64,000 nt of DNA from positions 101,930,001 through 101,994,000 of the forward strand of contig CM052816.1 in assembly GCA_028534125.1 (NCBI GenBank), written 5' to 3'. The position numbers and the translations under genes were made by a program. Position 1 is the first letter of the stretch; each line of letters begins with the position of its first letter. This document shows, one piece after another, positions 50,371 through 64,000 of this stretch. The stretch is from Lama glama. Lineage: Eukaryota. The notes beneath the pieces were generated by a model. It worked only from the letters and a program-made list of their open reading frames with translations, was not told where the DNA came from and did no database searches.

Positions 50371-52589
50371 TCAGTGGCAGGAATAGGAAGTGTCTGGAAA
50401 TGGGACAGGACTCCCCTGCTGAGAGGACTATGAGGCTCTGTCATCAAAAGTCACGACCCTGGCAGGCTGTGGGCCACAGCTGCTGTTAGCTTTTACTTTT
50501 TGAACTTTAAGGTTCTGTTCTTTGTTCATTTAGAAGTCTTAAATAAAGAGACGTTCTGAGCATGCTCAGTGCCCCGAATTTGTTGTGAATTCTGCGCTTC
50601 TTCATTTACTTGTTTGTGGAACATTTTAACTTTTCATTTTTTTTTTTCACAGACCTCACATGTAAAAACTGGCAAATTCACTTCACGTTATTTCAAGCCT
50701 TTGTTGTTTCAATAGATCACAGCAAATATGTCCGCAGTCACCAAACATTAAGAGCAGCTGAGGGACAGCAGCCGAGAGATGCAGTCTCCTTGGACCCAAG
50801 GCCAGGCTTTCGCTCTGTCTGCCCTGCTGGTGACAAGATACTGGCCGCCGACCCTGTTCATAGGTCACCATGCACACTGGGCGCTGTTGATTCGCTGAGA
50901 GGGTTTGTGTCCCTGGCAGCCCTGTCCACATAGCCTGAGGGGAAATCCCCATGTCCTGGTTCCCTGACTGAGCTTTTCCAAAAGCACTTAAACATCTGCT
51001 CACTGTGGACAAAGTAGGAAAACAAAGACGATCCACAGGTGCCTGTCTGAAGCAGCTGAAAGTTTTACTCAAGCACAACAAGAAAAGAGCTGCATTTTTT
51101 TTTAAAGTTTTGCTTTGATGTTTAATGTGTTTGTCTCAAAGTATTGGCATTTCAAATTTCAATAAAGATTAAAACTCTAATGTAATTGCAAAAAAATTTT
51201 TTTAACATGTTAGATGTTTCTACCATGTTAATTTGCTAATTCTTCCAAGAAACAAATGGGAGCTACACCCTCCATCACTAGCAGAACATCACGGAGCATA
51301 TAAACTAAAATTGTTTCAGTTCAGAAACAGTCAAAACCAAGTATTATGAAATCCGCCTGCTGTAACCCTGCACAGCTACTGTCCCCTCTAGGGCACTCAG
51401 TGGGCCACGCGGGAGAGTCTGCTCACAACTGTTCCATCAATGCAGCAGAGCACAAATGGACATATTCCCCCTCCCTGGAATGGGCGTTATTTCAGAGCAG
51501 GGCCTTCTGTGTGTCTCAGCACACAGGGAGACCTGCCTTGGAGGACAGGAAGGCCCCATGTAAACACAAAGCATGGTGTGGGCTCAGACGCTGCAGGCCC
51601 AGGCTGGGCTGGGCTTCAAGAATACTGCAGGGCTCTGAGGCCCAGCATCAGCTGCTGCAGAAGTTTGTTGACTGCTCTGGAGTCAGGTCTGAGCTGCGTT
51701 GGGTGGAGTGTGAGTGGGAGGGGCACACAGAGCCTACACACCAGCTGTGCCCACAGGGACTCCACACATGCTGTTCCCCATGCTGTTCCCAACATTTGGA
51801 ATGCTCTGTCCCCACCACCCCTACCCCAACTCCTGCTCATCTGCAGATCTTAGCTTAATCCCTCCCTCTGCAAACTGCTGGGTCCCTCCCAAAGGCTGCA
51901 GCTGCTGCTGTTGTCAGCTGTCTGGCTAACATCTGCCTTCCCCAGTAGGGCTTTGCTCCAGGAGGGCAGCACCCGTCCCCGTCCCCGAATCACTAGAACC
52001 TATAGGGGAGGGGGTGTGGTTAGGGCCAGGAGAGATGAAGGGCTGGCTGCAGAGCGAAGTCAGGGCCATGCTGGGGATGACCTGCCAGTGATGCCCCCAC
52101 ACACCACCTGCAGAGTTCCAAGAGTGATGAAGCTAGATTCCACAGAAACCTGGCTTTAAACCCAGGACACAGCTACAGTGTAATTCCTTTAGCATGAAAA
52201 CACTGTTGTGAGTTCCTTATCAGGTAAAGCAGCTGCTCCAGGAAGATGGTCATCGGAATGGAAAAAGGTACCAGAAGCCCCATGGGGCAGACAAAGCCAA
52301 GAGGACCCTGCTTGGTGTCCTCACTGCAGGATGGGGCGGGGAAGGTAGCTGTTAGGGTCACATTCCTCTTCCGTGGCAGCCAGCAGTTTCTGGTGGGCGG
52401 CCCCAGTCAATTTCTGTTGCCCACCGCAATGATCAACACTGTCCTATACACTGCACAGGATCCCAGTAACCAGGAACAGCTTAGCTTAAAGCCTGCAACC
52501 GTGACAAACTCCTGCTGAGGGGAGCCAGGCCCTCCACCCCTGGCGAGGGTCTAGAAGGGGAATGGGAACCCTGGCTGCCGTCTGAAAGT

Positions 52590-52770
52590 CTCTGCTAGCT
52601 GCATTTAAAAAGGTAAAAAGAGATAAACCTAAACAGATGAAGTGTATTTCAATACCATATTTTATGTATCTCAATATAGCCGAAGTGCTATGGCGGCATG
52701 TATGCAACAGAGAAATTACTGAGACGTTTTGTTTATTCTGCATTGGTCTTGGAAATTTATGTGTTCCTCA
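52590..52770. mobile_element. hAT-Charlie remnant (MER33/MER3-like)
   Basis: ctagctgcatttaaaaaggtaaaaag...catattttatgtatctcaatatagcc. Confidence 0.55.
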
Positions 52771-52774
52771 TGCT

Positions 52775-53243
52775 TGTCACCGAATCCAAGCTTGTACTGC
52801 TTGCTGCACAAGAGAGGCAAGTGTTGAGGCAAGGAATAGCACTTTTATTTGGAAAGCCAGAGGACTGAGAAGGTGGCGGACTAACCATCTTGCCCAGGTG
52901 TGGATGTGGGTTTGTTTGTGCTGCAAAGAGCGGGAGCTTAAGGTTGAAAGTTATTGCAAATTTCTGGTGCCTGCCAGACCCTGGAGGCGATGCGTTAAAG
53001 TCTTTGTTCTTGAAGACATTCAAATGTAGGCCTGGCCAAAATATTCCTGTGAGCTCAGAAAAGGTATTTTAGCTTCAGGCTCAAGTGTGGGAGGCAGGGT
53101 TCCTGGGGCTGGGCCATTAGGCACACTCTTTAATCTATAGGCAGCCTCCCTTTAGCGATTAACACCAGCAAAAGCCTTGGGATGTAAAGGTTAAAGTGAA
53201 AGAAACAGACCCAGTATGGAGTCAGGTCTGCTCTTCCCCTCCA
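52775..53243 (-). mobile_element. ERV1-type solo LTR
   Basis: TG...CA ends; tgtcaccgaatccaagcttgtactgc terminus; tttatt (AATAAA on the minus strand) near 52844. Confidence 0.7.
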
Positions 53244-56200
53244 TTTGAAGGAGCCCCAGTTCAAGTGCTTGGCTGCCACCTGTGGCCATAGCTCCTGTGC
53301 TGGACCCAGCAGACCTTCAGATTGACCACTGCCCTCAGCCCGCAGCTGCAGAGGGGCCCTCAGGCCAGAGCCACCTAACCCATTCCCGCCTCCTGCTCTG
53401 CTGAGGGGCTGGAGTCCCACCTTTGACCCTGACCCTCAGCTGGGTATGAGGCCGTGCTGAGCAACCCCCCCCCCCCCCCCCGCCTCCTGACTCCTTCCGA
53501 CATCCCCCTGCGGGGTCCCTCCTGCTGCCAGACTCCAGGGCCCCACCCTGAGCTTACCGACACCTGCCCTGCTGATGTCTGAGAATTTCCATGAGGTTAT
53601 TTATGAAACCTACCTTGACAACTCAGTCTGCCTCTGTGAACTAAAACATAGCGTCAGCACAGTGAGTTGAGCGTTCCTACAATCCAACCATTTTATTCAT
53701 GAAAGATGAGTTAACAAATTTCATTAAACCACATTGTTCAGTAAAAGAAAAAACTAATAAAGAATTTTTTTTAGTTTTAAAAATTAAAAAATAAAAAGAA
53801 ATCTTAAAATTAAAAAAAAAATTTAAAAACCCCACATTGTTTGGAAGCCGAAAGCAGTAATGCTGGAGGCAATTCTCTCCCATTAATGCTTTTCAAAATG
53901 TCCCCTCTTGAACTCTTGACTGTTTCCACTCTGGAAACCTTGGTTCCAAAGAGACAGAAAGAGCCACCTTTCCCTGGGATTCCTGAGGACAGCTGAAATC
54001 CATGGGTGGCCTGTGTAGGGCAGGCAGGATGGAGCCTCTTTGATCGGGTATCTCCCTGTGACCTGTGCCCACAGTTGCAGGCAGTCCTGAGGGCTCAGCC
54101 TCCTCCTGGCTCCCCCACTGCTCTTCTCCCCGGTCCCTGTTTCCAGGGCCGCAGGTGCAGCCAAAGCAAGGAGACTGGAGCTCCCAGGGCCTCAGGGCTT
54201 GAAAGCAAAGGGCCTTCTGTGCCCTGAAGAAAAGAATCTGGCCAAGTGGGCAGAGAATGCACGCTGAGCCACAGCTTCCAGGAGACACTGCGTTCCTGAC
54301 ACCAGTGTCCCCTCACTGCTGCACCCTTTGCAGTCGGGGCCCAGGAGGCCCGGCAGACGCGGGCTGGGGCTGCTGGCCCTGCAAGACGTATGTCTGCTGT
54401 TGGCCCTCTGCGATTTTCTGGCACGTTTTCCCCTCTTTACCCCAGTCGGAGACCAACCTGCCCAGCTCCCTTTTCACTCCTGATCTGCACTTTTCTTTCT
54501 GCCCTAAAGCCTCTCTTCACTCAACCAAGGCTGTCTGTGGGCTTCAGACAAAGCACCCCCGGGTGAGTGGCCCAACCTTGTGGCACCCCCACCAGGCATG
54601 AGGAGGGAGCCTGGCTTTGTCACGGAGGTGAGTCTGAAGTTTCCTAACCTGATACTTCCTGCACAAGGTCAGGGAGCTCCCTCAGGCTGGAGAGGGCCAT
54701 TCCAAAGAGCACAGGCTAAGGGGTCCAGAGTGGCGACCTCACAGGCTGTCCCCACAGCGCGCTGCTTCATGGGAAGGGCTGCAGGCTGAGCCCCCTGTAG
54801 AGGCAGGCCCTCCCACAAGGTCCTCCTGAGGCTTGGGAGGCCCTGCCTCTTTGTCCTGGACAGAGGTGTCTGGACCCAGCTTTGAATCAGTCTTCAGAAA
54901 ACCTTGCAGTGCTCTGTGGAATGTCAGGCCTCGGTAACAGCAGTGTGAAGAGGTCACGGGGGAGTGTCGGCCACCCTACACACTCGTGTCCGCTGTCCCA
55001 GTACCGACCCCAGCACTTTGTAGTTCCTTACAAAAGACGTGAGTTTCGATGTGTGAAGCAAAATACCACGTTAGGTTGTTAGTTTTGACCAATCTGCCGA
55101 TGGTTAAATAGCAGACAGTCAAATGTTTGTAACTAAAGTCACATTTACACACAGAACATTATTCAGCATTTCTCATGAACAGTTTTAGGGTTTGTCCACC
55201 AAAGTCCACTCTCCCCCAGAGCAGGTACACAGGCCCTGTCTCTCCCTCCCTCCCTCAGGAGAGCCAGCCAAGCCCCCGCCATGCCCTTCTTCCCTTGTCA
55301 CCTGGATACAGGTGGCATGGCCCTAGGTGAAGGCAGGGCCACAGGCTGGAAGGCACACCTGGTCTCTGAATGATTTGCTGGAAAGAGCCATCTACCAGGG
55401 GACCCCCTGCCAGGGCTGCCGTGTGACCAGGAAATAACTGTGGACCCATAAGTATGTGGTGCCATTTTAATCCTGTCAAATTCATGGCAAATCACTCTTA
55501 TAAGGAATCTAATGAACTTTTACTCTCACGATAAAGCAAATGCGCTAAGCCCCTGGATTATTGCCTTAGAGTTGGTTCTCCTTAAAGCTGGTCACTGTGG
55601 GATAGCTGCTTCCTTACAAACAAAGGGCCCCTCACCCTGTCCCAGCTGGACAAGAAGAACTGGCCTCCAGGATTCCCCATGGCTGTCCCCCCCACACCAC
55701 TTGTCTAGGGTGGCCATGGGGGCCCACAGGGGAGGGCAGCATCAGAGGAGCTGCCTGGCCATCCACAGCCCCTTCCTGGTAAACTCACCACACTGCACCT
55801 GGCCACCAACACTTCCTGAGGTGACTGTCTGGGCACTCTCTTGTCCCCTTCCTTTCTGTCCATGTTCACTGGGCGCTGCAGTGAGTGGGACATATAATGG
55901 ATGGGCCTGGCCACTAGAGCCAGAGGGGCTGGCAAAACCACCCCTGCCAGTGACCCCTCCAAAAGGAATGTGGTCATCCTGGTCAGACTTCAGGGTGCAG
56001 GACAAAAGAAGGGCCCAGAGTGCCCAGCGTGAGCTGGATGGGGAGGCCCTCTGGCCTTGTCCCAGCAGGACCAGCTCCCTCTGGTCAGCCTGTGTTTCAC
56101 CTGACTATGGGAAGAAATGCATTTTGAGAAATCCTAATTTCAGAGTCCCAGAAGTTCCAACATTTCCACTCCTCAGGCATGAAAGCAAAACTCACGTTTG

Positions 56201-57224
56201 CATCTGAAAAAATGAACAATAGATAACCCACGTTTGGTCACAAGTGTACAGGCAAAGGCACGTTTCAAATAAATGTGCCACTGACTGTGCTTCGGAGAGA
56301 GGATGCTGGCTTAGAGCCTGAAAAGATGGAAGAAGCCCCTATCTGGACATGTCTTTGACTTCTCACCAACACCTCTGCTTCTTGAGTGACTTTCTGGTCT
56401 GGTCTTTGCCCATTTTCACTGGGACCTGTGTCCTTTCGTTACTGACTATGAGGATCTCCTTATATACTGAGGAGAGTTGGAGTGAGGTAGGGATGGACAC
56501 GGTTCAGGGACACTACTGATGCTGGAGCCGTCTCCTCACGCAGGGGCTCTGGTGCAGAAACAGAGGTACCAGAGGGGGTGAGAGCGGAGAGAGTTGGGCT
56601 GAGCTGGACAGGAGAGACCTGGAGAGGGCAGCCAGTGTGGCTGGCGGGTCGAGGTGACAGGAGGGCTGGGAGGTGGCTCTGGGAGTCAGAGAGGAGGAGG
56701 GACAGGTTGTTTAAACTACAGGTTGATGGTGCTGGCACTTTGGCTCCAGGCTCTACAATCCGGCCAGCAGTTTACATAACGATTCTATCCATTGGTAATG
56801 GGGCCCTAAATTTTATTTTTTAAAATATATTCGGAAAAATTGGCCCTTTTTCTATTCCAAACCATGTCACAACCCAGCTTTTCCTTGCAGCATCACGTGA
56901 ACAAATCTGCATCTCTCCATCTGTTTCCAGAAGTTCAGTCTTGGAGAATCACCAAGCAGATGTGCTGCAAGCATCAACCCCTGTAGGAGTCTGGACACTG
57001 AGACTGCACCTGGCGACCCCAAACCCTTGCACATCCTTGCAGATTCTGGGCCTCCCCTCCCCTGGGCGCAGGTTCTGAACCTGGGGCTCAGTCAAAGAGG
57101 GCGAGCCTGACCTCAGAGGGACCATCCAGCCATCGTCTTGGGTGGAGCAGAGGACCCTCTGATCCCTCATCTGACCCTTGGAGCTCTCTGAGGTTCTGAC
57201 GTGGGTGGAGACAGGGCTGGCCCT

Positions 57225-57370
57225 CAGCTCTGTGGTTCACTTGTGCGTCCCATCATCAGCAGATATCCAGAACACCTGCCGTGTACTGGGTTCTGTGCTG
57301 GGTGCCATGCAGATACAGGTAAATAAGTCAGATTCATCTCCTTCTCTTCTGCTTACAGTCTACTGGGTAA
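57225..57370 (-). mobile_element. L2 3' fragment
   Basis: acacctgccgtgtactgggttctgtgctgggtgcc...cttacagtcta. Confidence 0.6.
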
Positions 57371-57446
57371 GCCTTTGTTCCACAAAGATGTTTTTCTTCT
57401 GAAATTGCCCAAGGCAATGATTAGTCAGGAAGCTGTACTTAAACAC

Positions 57447-57757
57447 TGTGTCAGTTGGTTCAGACTGCGTAACAAACACCACCGACAGGGTGGCTTAAAC
57501 AGTAGACACTTACCATCTCACAGTCTGGGTGGAGGTGGGAACTCTTTTCACTGTGTCCTCCATGGCCTTCCCTCCATTTATCTGCAACCCCAGTGTCTTC
57601 CTCTTCTTCTCAGGACACCAGTCAAAGGGGATCAGGGCCCCACTTTTGTGACCTCACTTAGCTGCAATCACCTCTTCAGAGGCCCATCTCCAGTAACAGT
57701 CCCACTGGGGGTTAGGGCTTCAGCACACGCATTTGGGGACACAGCTCAGTCCACAGA
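57447..57757 (-). mobile_element. MaLR solo LTR (MLT1A-like)
   Basis: gggtggcttaaacagtagacactt, gggggttagggcttcagcac; flanks aacac/aacgc (4/5 TSD). Confidence 0.85.
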
Positions 57758-60065
57758 AACGCCACGAGCCAGCGAAGCTTCCTCCTTGGCCAGTGGATCT
57801 GTGTGTCATTTCAGACCATGTAAAAAGTTCCAACAGCTCACAGGCCTGTCCTGGCCCTCACTCTCTGCACGTGTCAGCCTTTGTAAGCCTTCACGGTCAT
57901 CCAGGAACAAGGCATAGCTAGGACCCTCTCTGGCTTCTCCTGAGCTTGCCTGCAGCCTTGTGCATTTCGGAACTCCCAAGAACCTCTGGACTCCAGTGAT
58001 ACCTGGTTCTCCTTCTCAGCTAAGGTGCCACCTGGTCTCCTAGCTTTTGCATCTGCCCCGAATAGCAGCACAGCTGCAGACAGCTGCGATGTTGGCCTTC
58101 CCTGACGGGACACCTCTGAGGCCGCTGTTGTTGACAACAGCCCTGGCCATGGGTGTTCCCACACTCGGCTCCAAATCAAGCTAGCCCTTCCCAGTGGAAC
58201 TACCACACACGGAGCGGGTGGGGTTGGGTGGACAGCAGCGGCCACCGGCTGACCGCTGCAGATTTCTGCTGTTCTGTCCAAGGGTTAGTAGTTCCTTGAA
58301 TAAGTGCTTCTCAGTTTGTTGCCTGCCTGTGGGCCCATTTCCAGAGTCCTGAAATGATTGTTGTTTTTTAAAGTTTTGTTATTTCTTTTTTGGAAAGAGG
58401 ATTTGCCAAACTCTTCACTCAGTCATTCTGGAAGTCCCAGGCCATCTGGCAGTGTAATTTATTTTTGAACTAACATAGTTTTAGGTTCATTTTCCATGGG
58501 GGAAGTGTGTGTATTTTAGAGTCTAAGTGGGATTTGTCTGGGGCAATTCAAAGAGTCTGACCCAGTTTTTGCTTGTCAGTTGTCAATCTAATACACTTGT
58601 AGTGAGTAAATCACTGCAGACCCTCCACAATTATCATGCTTAGAATTAAGGGTGAAATGCACGCTCTTTGCTTCTAGAACTGATGCAGAGACAAGCTTTC
58701 ATCCCATTGGCTGTCGGGTTGTCTGTTACCTGAGCTCCATGGAAAACAAGGTGAATGAACCAGAAGGAGAGGCTGAGCAGTGTGACCATGACTGAACTGA
58801 GTTGCTCTCCTCGTGAACCCCAAAGAAGTGAAGTAAAAGCATCTTAAAGCATACGTTATCACTTATTTTAAAATTACACCTTTTTTTCAAGATTTACTAA
58901 TATACCTTAGAAATTCTAGTAAAAGTAAAACACCCTAAAATTTCACCAATAGACATTAGGTATTAATCAAGTCAGAGATGAGTACGTAAATGTGCTGAGC
59001 CACACCTGTAAGGGCTTGTCCAAAACGGCCACAGTGGTCACCTCTGGATAGAGGGATATGTCTTTGTAATTTCCTGAGTTAATTTATCAAATGCATACAT
59101 ATTTTTTACAATAGGAAGCTGTTTTAAACATCTGCTTTCTTTAGCTGCAAAAGGGGGATAGCAGTCATTCCTGAGCTGCATGATTGCTCACAGAGTGAAT
59201 GAGCATTAACATGTGAGAACTTGCTGGGGAAGGTCCCTGGCTCACAGCAAAAGGTTTTCTTCTCCCCATTCTTTGTGTGTGAGAGCACATGGGTAAACTT
59301 CTTGGAGTTAAATGAATGATATGTCTATATTGTAGAATATAGGGTGAGTGTTCATGTTTATAAAATGGAGACTGACGAGATAATACTATATTAAGGTGGA
59401 AATAATAAATCGCATTGTGCAGGCAATATGACTTCCGCCATAAAAAAAGAAAAAATGTTCAAAAAAAGAGTATAAAATGCTGTAATAAGATTATCTTTTA
59501 GTGGTGAAATTGTTATGGCTTTTTCCATTATAGATTTCTGCAATTTCCAAAATTTCCCAGATGGTCATTCATGAGTTTTATTAAGCAGGAAATGTTATAA
59601 AAATGTCCTTAGAATATAGCTTAAAATTCTGTTTTCCTCCGTGTGACCTGGGGCTGCCTCTTGCCCTCCTCCTGAAGATGAGCTTTCTTCCTGAGGGCGT
59701 GCCCCATCATCCACTTAATCCTGCCAGGTGCACCCTTCTCTGTGCAGACTGAGCACGCTGTGTGGTGGGACCAGGTGCAGAGCCTGGTCCCAGGAGGCCA
59801 CTGTGCTGGGTGAATGGATATGGTCTGGGTCTCTAACCTGGTGATCCTGCACAAGCTGGCCGTCTCTCAGCAGCGTCCTGAGGCTGACTCAGATGATGCT
59901 ATTCAATTTTAACGAGTTAAATTGAAATGAGAAGTGCCCACCTCACTGGCCAGCATTGCCAACCTGAATGAGAACTGTGTCCTCCCCTGTCCTCGGGTTG
60001 AGAAGGTCCAAGATTCAGAAGCTCTCTGTTACTTCAGAAATGGAAAGGGAGAAGACCCCAGTTCT

Positions 60066-60578
60066 TGTCGTAGCTGAAAGATAAGGTCATAGACAGGAGA
60101 CAGTGTGCTGTGTGGAGAAAGATTTTACAGGACTTACTTAGAAAAGGAAAGCACACCCCCGAGCACCGCAGGAGGGCTGGTCTCAGGGGGAAGAGCAGTT
60201 GTCTTGTCTGTCCCTTCCTCTTGCAACCTGGCTCAGAGGTGGTCTCTTGAGTGACTGATGCTCTTGTCCCTGGAATGCTTAGTCATGCTTGCTTCCTTTG
60301 CACATGTCCTTACCCGTGATGCACACAGAGAAACCCATGGTGGGGGGCCTAAACTGCATTGCTAATTGTAATCCAGTGAGCACTGGGTCACGTCCAGTTA
60401 AGTTCTTCTCTCTACCGTGCAGTTGCGGCTGTCGGGTTCTAACCGGTTTCTTGCTGGCACTTACGCAGAAGAAATAAAGTCCCTTTATGCTGGAGGCAGG
60501 CATAATGCCATCTTCCGGACCCTCCTCCCTCTCCTCCACCTGCTTGCCCGGTGCCCCCATTTATTTGACTACCTAACA
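60066..60578 (-). mobile_element. ERV-type solo LTR
   Basis: About 510 bp with TG...CA ends (tgtcgtagc...ctacctaaca) and LTR-like internal motifs; family and strand inferred. Confidence 0.6.
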
Positions 60579-60752
60579 TCTCCAAACCCTCTTTGATCTC
60601 GTGCATTCACATAGCAGCATGCCTACTCCAAGGATATCCTTCCTCAGAAAACCCACACAGACACTTCAGCCCCCTTTAGGGTCACATTCACACACATTCT
60701 TAGGCACCACCCTCCTTGTGGATCCCGTCACAGACACATGCTCTTAGCATGT

Positions 60753-60808
60753 GCCCTTAGACACTTCTTCACACTAAAAAGCCCTTAGACACTTCTTCAC
60801 ACTAAAAA
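60753..60808. repeat. Perfect 28-bp tandem duplication GCCCTTAGACACTTCTTCACACTAAAAA x2
   Basis: Visible directly in the sequence. Confidence 0.95.
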
Positions 60809-62093
60809 GACTCACAATCATCTCCTTTCACAGAAAACATTGGTGTGTAATAACTGGAGAATGAGAAAGAAAAGAAATTAAAGGCAGTTAAAGCAAAAAT
60901 AAACAACAATAACAGCAGAAACCAGAACTTAGGGACCAAGCAGGAAAGATGGAACCCATGTGGGTGGGTCGGTCAGCATGCAGGGCACCCCTAGGTGGAC
61001 AACAGGGCCACTGGTTCCCGCTCCCGGAACTTGCCACTCAGAGGACCTTGGTTCCCTTCCAACATTAGGAAGGTGAGCGATGGAAGCCAATGGGAAATGG
61101 CCACTGCAGGCCACAGCCTCATCCCAGCACCGCTCCGGGCCCTGAAGTGCACACACGCTGTCAATCCTGAGGCAGCCTCAGTCCCTCCCAGCAGCCAGCC
61201 AGCAGGGGTGCGGATGCTGGGACCCTGGCGAGAAGCCCAGACGGCCAGACGCCCCGCTGTCGGTGCAGCGCTCGCTCCAGGACTGTCCGTAGTACTGTTG
61301 TCCACTCAGAAGCCAGAGGAGAGCGGGGAGCTGGGCCAGAGCCCCAGCACTGCAGCCTTTCCCATGCTGGCAGCCGTCTTCCAAGTGGAACTTGTCAGAG
61401 GCACTCTCCAATGTCCAATTTTGCTAACTTTCTGGGTCTTTCCACACCAGTCCCTCCAGCCACACAGTGACTGGAGCACAGGCACCATTATTCCCTTAGA
61501 AAATGGGCCCACAGATCGGCTCCCCACCTGCACCCCATTACAAGGAAGAGAGCCCCCAGTGGGGACTGGAAGTGACCTGGTATGACCCTGGGGTTAGCTC
61601 CCCAGTGACCCCTCATGAAAGCCCCTCTGCCGAGAGCGCTAGGATCGACACTGTGACTTGGCTCCACAAACACAGGCCCTTCGTGCACCCTAACTGCCCC
61701 ATTACCCAGGCAGGGAGGCCTGGCCACCGTGGTTAGTCCACCCTGTGGACAGAGCTATGCCACCTGCCTCCTCCCTCCCTCCCTCCTCTTTCCTTGTGCT
61801 AAACTTAATGTCTAATTTCAGGAGTATTACAGAAAAACAGGACGGAGGCCACATCCTGACTCTACCCCCAGAAGGACACTCACAATCCCATAACCAAAAG
61901 ATCAAACTGGCAATTTCCCAGAAATGCGACTCTGGTCTTAAAGAAACATGGTCTTCCTGCAGCTCCCTGGCCCCTGGCTGCACATGCGTGAGCGTGTGTG
62001 AGGAACACATGTGTGTTTCTAGTGACTGGCCATGACAGAGCCACAGGTCCCTCATTTGGATTTACAGCTGGAGCCAGGACTGCTGAGAGCACA

Positions 62094-62306
62094 TTTTTTT
62101 TTTTTGGTAATTGAATAGTCAGTTTACAATGTTGTGTCAATTTCTGGTGTACAGCATAGTGTTTCAGTCATACATATATGTGCATATATTCATCTCCATA
62201 CTTTACATCATACGTTACCACAAAGTATTGAATGCAGTTCCCTGTGCTATATAGAAGAAACTTGTTGTTTACCTATTTTATATATAGTAGTTAGTATCTG
62301 CAAATC
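62094..62306 (-). mobile_element. Young L1 3' tail fragment
   Basis: Poly-T followed by agtcagtttacaatgttgtgtcaatttctggtgtacagc. Confidence 0.88.
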
Positions 62307-64000
62307 TTGCACACTTCTTAATCACCTTCCAAGTGGAATCTCTCTGTCTGCTGACATGGTTTTCTCACTCAACAGAACATTCCCATCAGGAGACATTCAC
62401 ATCTGACTTTCCTGACAGGGGTCCTGGGCATGTGACCTTGGACCCTGGGCTCTGGTTCCGACCACGTTCTTATCCCGACTCAGGAGTAGCTGGTCTTGGG
62501 GCCCCACCTGGGGGTGTGTGTTGGGGGCTCACATGACGTTAACCCGTAGGTTTAAAGTTAATTCACACAAAAGATGGATGCAAGTGTGTGCAGAGGATCT
62601 GTGTCCTGACGTTTGGTGTTTTGACCATAATCTTGAGACCACTGTCCTTAGAAGCTTATGCCCAACTCATCTCAAAGGCGCAGGTTTGAGCGCCTTCTGC
62701 CACCCCGTAGCCATGGAAACAACCTCAGCACCAGTCCGAGACCCCTCCTGGAGTATGAATGACTGCCTTACGCTAAAACTGTGGGTTTTGCTTATTTTGA
62801 GCCACAAGATGTTACAATGTCCAACTGAGATATGTAGGTGGAAAAAAACATTGAAGTCACTGCTTTATGAATTTCACACACCGAGTACTGTTAGCTCACC
62901 TCTAAAAATCCCTATAAATAGGAGACAACATTTTAAAAATTGGTAAATAAAACTCCACATGGAAATAAAAAACAAGACATGATTATTTTTTTTATAAAAA
63001 TGTTATCCCATAAGACTACAGTTGACAGTAAAATTCTGTGCCCTGAAACATACACACACACACACACAAGTATGTGCAGGGGAACATGGTCATTACAAGT
63101 ATCACCTGTACTTTTCCTTCTAAAAGTTCTTTCCTCACGTCAGCATTAATGCCTCCACCACCCCAATCTTCAAGTCAACAACAAAAATGTCCCTCTTTTT
63201 CCAGTGTATAGAAAACCTTAGGGGATGCCTTTTACCCCATTTTTAGTTTATTACAATCCTTTTAAGCCCTGGGAAGTGGAGGAGAGTGGAGACTCAGGGT
63301 TCCCCAGGGCAGAGGATGGCAGGGGGCTGTGTCCCAAGGTGATGCCCAGTGCAGGACTGCAGGGACCCAGGTGCCCAAGACCTCGTCCAGCAACAGGTCG
63401 GGGCTCTCAAGATACAAATCAAGCTTCTTAATTAAATGTGTGTTTTCCTGATTTTCTTTGAAGAAATTAACATGAAACTCCCTCGGAGGGAAATAACGCC
63501 GGCTCTTCTGTTTGGTGGGGAGAAGAGTGTGGATCCAGTTAATCTATTTTGCATTGTTCTTTGTTTTACCGGATCTTACTTTAATTTAAAGTCAATTCAC
63601 AGAACGTTGGAACATGTAGCGTTCAACAAAAGAGCGATTAGACAAATGATGTTTTAAGTATACAGATGTGCTCAGCCCTCTGCCGCAGTGCTATTTAGAG
63701 GAACAACCCCTGGATTGGCCATTTCAGAAGGATGTGCTGCTTCCTAACTAAAAGTTTATCTTCACATCATACTTTGTACTAAGTCTCCATTTATAAAACA
63801 TTTCAACTAAATAATTTAGTGATATTGTGTTGCAGACTTAATATTGTTTTCCTCCAGATAAGTTTCAGGGAGGCAAATTTCTCTGCCAAAATTGAGATCT
63901 ACCTTTTTTTTTTTTTTTGCTAAAATATATTTAAGTAAATTTAAAAAAATCAAATAACACCAGTGGTCTCTACTGCAGAACATGACACCCCGGTGGACAC

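Noticed and set aside
50061..50489. Repetitive ORFs (TAQVTPGTTQGQR, WVVPGVTWAVR, GGPGGDLGCPLAL)
   Set aside because: A 39-bp stop-free GC-rich unit opens several frames on both strands; there is no splice or promoter context.
53465..53481. C17 homopolymer
   Set aside because: Simple mononucleotide run whose length is unreliable; no functional context.
43346..64000. A second protein-coding gene upstream of PLEKHG4B
   Set aside because: I found no chain of phase-consistent exons or recognisable peptide; small or non-coding exons cannot be excluded by eye.

Overview
This is mammalian genomic DNA, most likely camelid, inferred from tRNA-derived SINEs starting GGGGAGGGTATAGCTCA and from the L1 3' tails. 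Its main content is the 5' part of PLEKHG4B, a Rho-family GEF, on the minus strand. I reconstructed 11 phase-consistent GT-AG coding exons from a CpG-island ATG at 42376 down to 1265, totalling 2457 nt (819 codons) with no stop. The DH-PH exons lie beyond the left edge of the window. The rest is introns and about 21 kb of upstream DNA containing L1, L2, MaLR/ERV LTRs, hAT MERs, SINEs and two GC-rich minisatellites. Apart from those overlapping PLEKHG4B exons and L1 ORF2 remnants, the ORF-track entries look spurious. I see no convincing evidence of a new biological system. The best leads are a possible disabled alternative first exon (33081-33131), a 5'-inverted L1 with a 161-bp inverted duplication and a telomeric tract at its junction, an apparently shifted exon 4 acceptor, an E-box cluster in intron 5, and a candidate in-frame cassette exon. 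Comparisons with human PLEKHG4B and repeat family names come from memory and need checking.
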